Positions 1-10,808 of a stretch of DNA of 64,000 bases are shown piece by piece. Origin of the DNA: Gnetum montanum (taxonomy: Eukaryota; Plantae; Gnetophyta). Positions within the stretch are counted from its first letter, which is position 1; each line of letters begins with the position of its first letter. The stretch is taken from contig MNCI01001841.1 in NCBI GenBank assembly GCA_015680685.1, positions 200,264 through 264,263 on the forward strand, written 5' to 3'. The notes under the pieces were generated by a model. It saw only the letters and a program-made list of their open reading frames with translations. It did not search any database and was not told where the DNA came from. The position numbers and the translations under genes are program-made.

Positions 1-265
1 GCCAAGAGAGACCATAGAACTTGTGGATGGATGGATGAAGTGGGCTCATTGCCTACCATATCAAAAGAAGCATACCTTAGTGTCAACATCATGAATTAAA
101 GGTAAAAACCAAACATTAGAAATCAATGAAAAATAGTTCATACCATTAGGAAGAACACTTATTGGATGACAAACTTCCAAGGTGGATCACACATGCACAC
201 ACAAAAAATGGAAAAGTATAACGATGTTGTAAAATAAAAACAAGAAAAGTTAAAGAAATTTATAA

Positions 266-392
266 AACAAAAATGTGTAAAAAAACTTGTAAAAAAAACA
301 TGGAAAATAAAAATGTGTAAAACAAAAATATGTAAAACAAAAATGTGTAAAACAAAAATGTGTAAGACAAAAATGTGTAAAAAAAATGTGTA
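266..392. repeat. Short tandem repeat (~15 bp unit AAAAATGTGTAAAAC) in the retroelement spacer
   Basis: About 6-7 degenerate copies visible. Explains the spurious HIFVL-repeat ORF 159-455. Confidence 0.85.
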
Positions 393-707
393 AGATAGAA
401 ACCTAAAAAGAACTAAGGGCCTCCAATGATTAGCATAGGTGGCCATCTCCCCCATGACTGAATGGAAAGGGAGAGATCCAAAATAATGAACATTTATTTG
501 AATTTCTTAAAAGTTCCCAACTTCTCCCCATTGATGTTCTTAGATTAAGGGGTGGAAGCCGGTGACACTCATATTCCAATGTATCTATGCCTTCATTGTT
601 GGCATNCGACACTCATATTCCAATGTATCTATGCCTTCATTGTTGGCATGAGTTATTCCCCCAGTTTGTTTCATGCATGTTGGTTTGCTCTTTCAACTAG
701 CTATCAA

Positions 708-1487
708 CTACGAGGTGTCTACTACTGGTGTGGTTGCTACATACATGTACCTTTGAATTTGCGTTTCTTGGGCACACCGATTACATGGAAGAGATGTTGA
801 ACATTCTTCCATGTCATCACCCTCTAATTCACTATATGTGATGCATGGAACTTTCTTCTTCTTGATCTTTCCATAAATATTTACCTTGAATATCTCCAAG
901 GAAAGATCACGAATCCCTAGGTACACATCTATTGTACTTAGCCATGGCCTTCCCATTATAATTGGGAAGTCCCCTTTATCATTGTTAACTTCTACCACCA
1001 GGAAATTAGCTGGGTATGACCACCCACACACAGTGGTAATGATGTCCTCCACCAATCCCAAGGGAATGGTGATGGACTGGTCAGCCAGCTCTAATTGAAT
1101 GTTGCTCTTCTTAAGTTGGGGTAGGTTCCAGGCTTGATACATTTCTCGTGAGATTAAATTAACTCCGAAAAATGAGTCAAGAAGAGCCTTATGTGGTTTG
1201 CTCCCGGTGACTTGTAAATAAATTAGGGGACTCCCAGGGTCAGATAGTTTTCTGGGAAGGTGGCCTACCTTGATCCAGTCGGTTACAATATGTGTTAACA
1301 TAACCATATGTGTGAAGCTCTGGTTTTGGTTTGAAGGGAGCTCCGAAGCCTTGTATGTTGGAGGAGTGATCACAGACTCAACCGCTTGTTGTTGGGAGAG
1401 CTTCTCTGGCCTTTTGGTTCTAAAGAAGGATCTTCTCTTTTTACAGTTGTTAGAACTAGCAATGGGTTGAATGTTTATAGCTCTCAC
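708..1487 (-). pseudogene. Retrotransposon aspartic protease (Athila-type), catalytic motif degraded
   Basis: KLSDPGSP...ALLDSFFGVNLI...QLELADQSITIPLGLVEDI...YPANFLVVEV...PIIMGRPWLST. Confidence 0.85.
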
Positions 1488-3207
1488 AGCGTTACATTGT
1501 TACGGTTGAGTGGGGAGTTCCCCTTGCATTGTTGGAGCAGGTTGTATGGGAACTACATGTGGAAGAGGTGCGGACGAATTTGGAGGATGGTACATGTGTG
1601 GAGTATCTCCCAGAGGGGAAGGAGTCCTCCTAAAGTACTCCTGAACTTGGTAGTAACGTTGGGAGTTGTGTGACCCATAGAGTCACTTGGAGAAACTGAC
1701 TACTACACATAATAGACATAAGGATCAGGTTACCAATAAGGGTACTATTGTCTCAACGGTGGCATCCCCCATGATTGTGGGTATTGCCACTGCTGATGTT
1801 GCCCGATGGGTTGTGGTGGAGTTCCACTTAGATAGTACGTTAATGGTTGGTGGAACTGTCTTGGGTTACCTTGAGGATAAGGTAACCTTTGGGATGTCTG
1901 TCGTTGGTTAAGTCTCGGGTTAAGTGCATACATCCTAGACTCTTGTAGATGTGAGATGATTGGACAACATCCCTTAGGATGGTCATATTGGCAGATCTCA
2001 CATCCACCGTCATCATCTGTGTTTGAGTCCACACTCTCATCGGAGATAGTAATTTTCCCCTTACCCTTGTTATGTGCAAGGTCTGAATCTTGCCTCTTTT
2101 TCTTATCTTTGTCACTACTTTGTTCCACCTTAGACTCTTCTACGATTTTCAAGATAGTTTCAAGTCTAGATTCTAAGGAATCCCACAATTGATCCACCTT
2201 AGCCAATACTTATGTTATTAGTTTTTGCATCAGCAAGGTTTTTTTGTTCACCAACTCTTCGAGTGGTGACTCATCCTCTTCATTGCATAATTTCACTCCC
2301 TTCTTTCAAAGAGAGGGATCACAGTTATATTCTTCTACACTTTCCCTTTTTTGTAGTTCACCTTCTTCTTTTTCTACTTGTTCCAACAAGTGATGTATCT
2401 CATGGGATCTAAGTTTTGATAGTCTCCCTTGGGCATAAGTCCCAAGGGTTCTCCTAGTTTCGTACCTTAGCCCATCTACGATGTGGTGAAGTTGATCTCA
2501 TTGAGCATAACCATGGCCTAGGAAACAATGTAATAATGCATAGTAGCAGCCCATGACATCATCCAAGGATTCATGATTACCTTGCTTCCATCCTTGGATC
2601 TGCTTATGCAAAATTAGACACTCTAGAGTACGTTTGATATTTATCGTTGAAGAGTTCTAACATCATACTCCACCTCCTAATGGTTTCTAGTTCTAAGGAC
2701 CGGTACCAACTCTCTACTTCCTTGATGAGTGCAATTACTATAGTGATATTACTATAGTGCAATCAAAGCTCATTTCCATAAAAGGAAAGCTAGTCATGGT
2801 GGAAACCAAGGTGGAACATGCAAAAATAGAAGTGTATCAACTACAACAAGAGCTAGCCACCTTGAGAGCTAAGAGATGGGACCCTACTCATTTTGTTGCA
2901 CTTGACCAATTGGAAAAATTTTGAATAGATTAGCTAAATCAATTGATTGAATAGAATAATGTTGCTGAGCTAGAGAAGAAGAAGGTCATCTGGAATCCCT
3001 CAACTACTAAAGCTCAATCATATGCCCAAGCAAAGGCATTGACCACTGCACAAGAAGAAAATAAATAGCTTGCTATGAATAATGCAAGATTGACCACTAT
3101 AGAAAAATAAAAGAACATCTTAGAGGAAAGTGTCCACTAGTTAGAAGAATAACTAGTGAGGATCCATTGAGACATCAACAAATTAACCAAAAAAATTGAA
3201 CCCTCTC

Positions 3208-4050
3208 TAATGAGTGGCGAGGTACCCCTACACTCAACCATATGAATACGAGCATAACACGTGCAATCCGGTCGAACTCCGTAGACTAAGTTCCTACACG
3301 CCTCATGGAACACTTAAGGTTAATTATTCGTTGTCTTCCTAGACTTACTTGTATTTGTCATGGTGTATGGTTAAGCAAGTATGAGGTATATGATTTTTAT
3401 AGCTTTTTCTATTTTATCTCCTATGCTAAGAGGTGAAGGGTTGAAGAGACTAATTACTAACTCTAACTAACTAACAAAGTCTGAATTAATCTAGCATCAA
3501 CATTTCTTCCCACTTACCATTCGCACCCTGAACAAATGCAACCATGGTTACCAAATGCTAGTCGTTGCTGGGATCACCACGCGTAACGCACATGCTCGAA
3601 GCGGTTGTACTGAGGCACTTAACTAGGAGAGAAGGGTTGAGAAAGATTTAACAACTAATAAAGCATTTAAATGGAAAAAATAAATAATAATAAATAAAAT
3701 CCTAATTAGCCTATTCCATGCACTACAAGGTTTATCCAAGAAGCTCGTCTTTATTGCCGTACACAAACTTGTGTTCAGGTACAATGTTTGCTCGAATAAA
3801 GATCCGTTCACTTTAGGACTCCTACTATGGGCACATGGAAAATATTCTATCTCTGAAGTGATCAATTTACCAAAGTTTCACTATGGTCTAAGCCTAGGAT
3901 GAGGAAACAAGGGAGAGTCACCTTTTATTTATAGATATGACGGCGCACCGCGATATCGCGTATGCGATATCGCAGAGGAAGACGTGATATCGCGTACGCG
4001 ATATCGCGAGGGATGCGATATTGCGGTCCATGTGATATCGCATCCCATCA
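3208..4050 (-). mobile_element. Solo LTR (Athila-related family) with 5-bp TSD CTCTC
   Basis: CTCTC at 3203-3207 and 4051-4055. Minus-strand termini TGATGGG...CTCGCCACTCATTA. Terminal U5 shared with LTRs of A and E. GCGATATCGC motif cluster at 3950-4042. Confidence 0.88.
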
Positions 4051-5028
4051 CTCTCAATGAAAGAGGTTCACATAATTCATCAAAAATATACAATTGAAAT
4101 AAGCACATGGTAAAACAAGGCCAAGAAACATGAGAAGTTGAAGGAGCACTTCTGAAACCAAGTTGGCATGTATCAACAAATTAACAGAAATGAAATCTAG
4201 ATGGAAAAAACCTACATCGGATCAAATTCAATGCAAAATCCTAATTAGTAGCCCATCCTAGATAGTTATGCATTAGTCCACCAAGCAAAAGTAAAGAATA
4301 AAGACCTATAGATTGAAAACTTAAAGTAATAAATGGCATCAGCTAACCTTAGATATGCCAACCTTGCCATGTTAATAGCAGGTTGGCCTAGAAATGAACT
4401 AGAGCAACAAATAGCAACCACCTATGCATTATATGAAAAAGAGTTTGCAAATAGAAAAAATTATTTATAAAAACTCCATGTGACAAATTTAGAATTGGAT
4501 TTGATTAAGGCCTGCTACCATGGATAGAAAGATGTAGCCTTAGACCTAGCTAGAAGATTAATAGATCACCAAGAATTGAAAGAAAAGGTCAAGGACTTTA
4601 AGGAAGAACAATGACAATTTGTAGCATGGTACATGAAAATAAACAAAATGTTTTCGTAGCTGTTGTGCCCATGGGATGTACTAATTCTAGCACACATTAA
4701 CTTAGCAACTTGGATGGTACATGACCCAAGGACAAAGGAAGAAAAGTTGCAAGCACTCCTTAACCACTACGAATTTCAAAAGCCTGGAAACAAAGGGAAG
4801 TGACTAATGGAAGGACCACCACCTCCAGGAACTACATGTGCTTCCCCAATTTTGTATCTTGTAATGTTATGTCCATATTTTTTTTAAAACACCAATGTAG
4901 CATGTAAAAGTCAATTTGTGTGTCTAGTCAAATCAATCAATAATAACATGCCTTCCTAATATTTTGTTAAGAGCTTATTTCTCATTTTTTTAAACTCAAG
5001 GATGAGTTTTCATTTAGTTGTAGGGGTA

Positions 5029-5904
5029 TGATGACGCATGTTTTGCATGACTTTGATATTAGGGTCGTGATGTTGGGTATTTGATATTAAGGCCATGATG
5101 TCAAGCATTCAATATCAAGGCACAACCTCTGATGTCAACCATTCGATATCACCCCTTCCATGCTAGCCTATAAATATCACACTTGGGTGCACAATTGGGA
5201 TATAGATTATTAATAGATTTCAAGTTTTATTGTGTCCTAGTGCATGCCCATTGTGTGATGTTAAGTGATTGTATGACATCCTTATTTGAGCATGACATAC
5301 TTGGATGCATTACATAATCAGCAATAAAGATCAAGATTACTTTCATCATTGCAGTATCCACTTCAATTTATTATTGCTTTTAATTGTTTAATATTTTACT
5401 ATTTTTCTTCGTTAATGTTTCCATTTATTACTCTTTATTATTCCTATCATTAAGCGAAATGAGTACGACTAATTGCAAGTGCTTAAGTGTAATTACTTGG
5501 TATCCTAGTCTTGTATCATTTAGTATGCCTAGTGAGGTACACTTGGTAATCCCAATGGTAGTTACACGAAGTCTAAGGCATGTATAGACAATTAGGAACA
5601 GATACTCATTACACATAGGCTAGTTTAGACTTTACTTTTCATTGTTAATTAGCTTAATTAATTAATCTCTTAAATTATCATTAGGAGTAGCTTAGGGCCA
5701 AACAACATCAATCATCATATGCCTCACTCTGGACTAAACCATACATGACAAAGCTGCCATTACTCCAAGTGGGAAGATAGCAAACTATGATCAAGGCATA
5801 ATGATGTACATGCACAACTAGTTCCATCCATGGAATTCAATCAGATCATGCATGAAGGCTTGTGATTCGTGTGGTTGGATGTAGGGGTACCTCGTCACTC
5901 ATCA
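5029..5904 (+). repeat. 3' LTR of element E
   Basis: TGATGACG...CTCGTCACTCATCA termini. TATAAATA at ~5169. Reverse-complement similar to 9912-10808. Confidence 0.85.
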
Positions 5905-8900
5905 CCTCATGAGATGTAGCTCTTCTAGTTGGTTTGGCTTCTAGCCAATGTGTAGAATAGTTAGTTTCCATTAAAGTAAATTTATGTTGGCCTAATGATG
6001 ATGGGTTGATGACTCTGATAAAATTAAGAGCCCATTGTGCAAAAGATCTTACTTCAATAATAGGTTTTAGAGGTGCTAAGCTTTTAGAATCTCTTCCTTT
6101 AAATATTTGACATTAGATGTAATTTTTTGAAATATTATAAGCATTAGTAGTTATATTTGGCTAGTAGTAACTAGCCTTTGTATCTTGTGAGTTAAAGATA
6201 AATAGTCTAACTGTCCTTCATCATGTAAGCTTTTTACCACATCATTGGTTTCTTCTCTATCTAAACACCTAAGGAGAACTCCTGCAAAGTTCTTTCTGAA
6301 ATGATTGCCATTAATTATAGTAAATTTAGGGCTTCTAGATATTAGTAGTTTACACTTGTACCTAGATAGGTTCCAAGGACAATGATGGAAAGCTAAATAT
6401 TATTTGATATCTTCATATCAAGGATCATTTAAGCAGTTTGATGCAAACGAAACTGATTCATTATCTTCAAGTTGTAACACATGTATAGGTATGGGTTCAA
6501 GCTCAAATGGGCCTTTGGTTTTTCTAGGGTTGCTACTTGGGCTATTAGTTTGGCTAAACCATCTACTTTTACTAGTTTTGCTACCTTTCATTGAATATCA
6601 TATTCTTGCAACTTCATAATCCATTTGGCTCTTTTTTCTGAAGGATCTTAGAGCTTTGCTAGAGCGACAATACTAGGATTTGGAATAATTACAATAATCT
6701 TTAATTTTAAAAGGTAAAATAGAAACTTCTTTAAAGCATTAACTATTGCATATAATTGTTTTTCTACAAGAGAGTATCTTAATTTAACATCTTTAAGTGG
6801 ATCAAACATATAAGTATGGATTGTTCTTCCTAATTAGCTATCTCTTGAGTCAAAATGGCAGTTGTGATCACTTACAAAGGCATATACAAAAAAATCATTT
6901 TCATACCAAGGAGCAACTAAAACTGGAGCTTCAACCATAGCTTCGTTTATAGCTAAGAAAGCATTTTTGCATTCAATGGTCCATGTAATATCCTCATCTT
7001 TCTTTAGCATTATGTTTAAGAGCTCTTACTAGTTTTGCAAACATTGAACATATCTTCAGATAAAGTTAATCTTCCCAAAAGAAATCTCTTAAATCCTTTG
7101 GATAAGAGATAAGGAATTTCTAGGATGGCATTAACACATTCAGGATCAATAGAAATACCTTCTCTTGTCACTATGTAACCAAGGAATTTTCCACTTTGTA
7201 CACCAAATGTAGACTTCTTAGCGTTTAATATCAAATCATACTTTCTACACCTTAAAAATATATTTTTAAGATCTTCTATATGAGTCTCTCTATTGCATCA
7301 GAAAATTATTAAGTCATCTAAATAAATAACTATATTTTTCTTAATCATCCCTTCAAAAGTTTTATCCATGACACGTTAAAAGGTTAATCCTACATTCAAT
7401 CATCCAAAAGGCATTCTGGCATATTGAGATGTTCCCCATTGTGTTACGAAAGCTATTTTATGTTGATCTTTCTTATTGACAAGAATTTAATAGTAACCTA
7501 AGTATCCATCTAAGAATGAGTATATTTGCACATCATTTACTACTTCAATTAGCTCCTCCATAAGTGGAAGTGAATAGTTATCTTTAATGCAAGATGCATT
7601 AAGATTTCGAAAGTTAATGCACAACCGTATCTCTCCAGATTTCTTACATAAGGGAACCAAGTTTAAAACCCAATTAAAATGTCTAACTAGATATATTATT
7701 TTAGATTCCAAAATTTTATCAATCTCCTTTTTCATTAAAGGTTCAATTCTAGGATTGACTAGTCTTAATTTTTGTCTAAAAGGTTTAGTTTCAAGTCTAA
7801 ATGGTATTGTGTGGGTAATGATAAATGGATTATAAACCTTTAAATCTTCATAGGACCAAGCTTCAACATCATTGGATTCATGTAGCAATGCAATTAACAT
7901 ATCCTTTTTGTCAGAATGTAAATGTTTGCCTATTCAAATAGGATGTTCTTGATCTTTCTTTTTTATTAAAGCAATTTCAATTTCTGTTGATACTTGTCAA
8001 TCTTTATGTTATAGTACTTCAATTTTCAATCTTTATGTTATAGTACTTCAATTGTCAATCTTTATGTTATAGTACTTCAATTTTGTTGTCTATTTTCTAA
8101 AATTAAATTTTCACAGTAATCGCATGACGTGAAACTTCATTGATAAAGATTGAGTCATTCAAATAAGTGTGTGAAGCTTCAAGAATCTGATCATAAAGCT
8201 TTCCTTAACTAGTAAGAAAATGTGTAATCTGATGATCATCATCAAACACTTATAAAGATAGCACATTATCAGGGATGGAGTAACAATCGACCTTTTCCAT
8301 AATGATTTCAAAATCCCAAGCTCCATAAGAAAATCGAAGATCAAGAATGCAAGAAGCTTGTGCTAAAGCATTAAGAATGTGGTTTTCATCTCTATGGACA
8401 TGTTCTAATGTGATAAGATCAAATTCCTTGAACAATTCTAATAGATACGTCTTGTATGCTTAAATTAAAGGATCCTTATGTTTATCCTTATCTTCATAAA
8501 CATTGTTGATTTGATTCACAATAAGTTGTGAATAACTGTAAATCTTTAACTTTGAAAGATCAAAGTAAATAGCATACTTTAGTACATGGATTAAAGCTTC
8601 ATATTTAGCCATGTTGTTTATCATGGGCTTTGAAAATGAATGGCCTTAAGCTTTGGAGCTTCCCCAAGGGGAATTAACATAATGCTAGCATTGCATCCTT
8701 GTTTTGATGAGGCTTCATCAATCCTAAGTATCCATGTGTTCAAGTTATTAAAATCCAAAAAGTAAGCTATTTTATCGATATAAGTATTATTATCATCATA
8801 AATTGGATTATCATCTAAAGATTGGATAGTGAAAATTTCACTAATATCCTTGCCTTTACCAATTGGTGGAGGATCACCAAATAGAAAAGTCTTTCCATTA

Positions 8901-9911
8901 TGTTGGTGAAAAGGTAATGTATCAATGTGAAGTTGAAAAAGTTCCCTATAAATTTGGTAATAGGATGTGGCATAAGTATGGATATAAGGGTTAATATCAT
9001 GTAAGGAGTCATTCATTACATCTAAATTTTCATCCAACTTATATTCACCAAAATTAAGATCAATGACTTCAACAAAGTCTATGCTTTGATCTATTAACAT
9101 AACATGATATTCTTGAAGACTTAAGATGACATGATGACGGAAAGGTTCTCTAGGGATTATTACATGTTCAAATCCCTCTTTAGTTGGAAAAAGAAGTTCT
9201 AAGAAATCAGATCTAAAGAAATCTCCAAATTGGACACCAAAGGTATGTGATAGCAACATGTCATAAGTAGGTTTCATATCAACTCCTAAGGTGTCTGCGT
9301 GACATGAGAAATTAGGATATTACTTTAGGTGAATGAATATCTTTGAGTGATCCTACCACATGGACGTTAGATCCATCAAGTTCGATAACACTTCTTGTTT
9401 ATGAAATCATTTAGGCTCATAAAGTTTTACATACTTTAAGAGGCATGACATTTACAATAGCTCCTAAATCTATTATACAATTATGAACATTCTTTATTAT
9501 TATGATTAAAGTGGTTAGAAAAGAAGGTTGGTCCCTCTTGGCTTGTTGGTGGAGAATGGGTGGATGAAGGATTTCAGCTCCATCTACGAAATGAACTTGT
9601 TTTTCATTAATAGGAGTCTTACCTTTATCTCTAAATTCATTGATCAATCTATGTATCACTTCTTTTTCTTCTTTAAATTGTAATAGTTCATGCATAGGTA
9701 TATTGGCCTTAACCCTTTGCAAATCTTCTATAAGATCATCAATTTTCATCTCACTCCTAGGTTCATGTTGGTTTTGATTGGAATGATTATGGATCTGTAA
9801 TTATGTTCTAGGTTGTGTTTGTTGTTGAGATATATTATTGTGGTTTTATCTACTAAGAGGGATGTATGTGTTCCATTTTGGATTACTAGAGTTATTCATG
9901 ATGTCACTAAT
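5905..9911 (-). mobile_element. Element D (Tat-lineage gypsy) pol remnants in the order PR - archaeal-type RNase H - RT - RH - INT
   Basis: PR NCIIDLGAIVNVMP (9417-9749). aRH WILRIDEASSKQG...NNMAKYEALI...EHVHRDENHILNALA (8250-8740). RT WVLNLVPLCKKSGEIRLCINFRNLN and GKFLGYIV (7016-7900). RH ~6540-6960. INT FAQWALNFI...THWLEA (5905-6300). Many stop codons. Confidence 0.85.
7997..8083. repeat. 29-bp tandem triplication (TCAATCTTTATGTTATAGTACTTCAATT(T/G))
   Basis: Units start at 7997, 8026 and 8055. Confidence 0.9.
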
Positions 9912-10808
9912 TGATGAGTGGCGAGGTACTCCTACACTCAACCATACAAACACGAGCCTTCATGCACGATCTGGTTGAACTCCATGGATGAGCTAGTTGT
10001 GGTATCTAGATCATTACACGTTGATCACAGTTCGTTGTCTTCCCACCTAGACTAGTATTTGCTTTATCACGTATGGTTTAGTCCAGAGTGAGGTATATGA
10101 TGTGGGCCTAAACTAGTGCTACTCCTAGAGGCAATGGAAAATAACTTTGTCTTAGCTAAGAGGGAGTGGGAGAAGAGAATCTAAGCTAGTCTAAGTGATG
10201 ATCATCCATCCTTAATCATTTGTACACATCTTGGACTTCGTGTACTACTTCTAGGCTTACCAAACATATATTACTTGAGCACTCCTAAATACGCTATTGT
10301 GTTACCAAGTAGTTACACTTCAATGTTCATGATTAAGTCGTACTCATTTTGCATTTAACAATATGAATAGTAAATGATGGTAAATAAATATTAACTAAGG
10401 AAACAATAAATAACAACAACAATTAATAATAACAATTAAATAATTAAAACTAAGTGAATGCTGCAATGATGGAGTAATCTCGATCTTTATTTCCGATCAT
10501 GTGCATGTCCAAGTACGTCACACTCGAATAAAGGTTCTATACAATTACAAGTATCACACTGCAGGCATGCACTTGGGAAAATAGTCTAACTCCTACAAAA
10601 ACAAACTGCAAGAGCTTCACTACAACTTGAACATAAGATGCCTAAATGTGGAAAATGCATGCATATTTATAGTAGAAAATGAACTCTGTGTTGACGAAGC
10701 TATGTCAATGCGTGGACAGATCCGTCAACGGGGTTATGTTGATGCAACTGCATTGATAGGGCTTCGTCAACATGGCCCAGTCGATGCTATCCACTAGATG
10801 CTTCTTCA
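9912..10808 (-). repeat. 3' LTR of element A
   Basis: Aligns along its length with 44597-45496. Preceded on the minus strand by the purine tract ATGGGGGTA. Confidence 0.92.

Larger units (their letters stand above)
1..2730 (-). mobile_element. Athila-like Ty3/gypsy internal fragment: gag C-terminal part plus aspartic protease, with no RT following
   Basis: Gag motif LIKEVESWYR at ~2700-2728 and Cys/His motif CEICQYDHPKGCC. Protease ORF 708-1487. Homologous to the internal region of element A (e.g. 20-80 vs 12600-12670). Confidence 0.8.
2761..5904 (+). mobile_element. Element E: 3' part of an Athila-like LTR element (degenerate coiled-coil extra ORF, PPT, 3' LTR), interrupted by a solo LTR
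   Basis: Extra-ORF C-terminus (4602-4838) is homologous to that of element A. PPT-like TTGTAGGGGTA precedes the LTR at 5029. Confidence 0.75.

Noticed and set aside
159-455. 98-aa hydrophobic repeat ORF
   Set aside because: It is the translation of the 15-bp tandem repeat.
564-650. Exact ~42-bp direct duplication
   Set aside because: The copies are separated by an N (606), so this is an unmerged contig overlap.
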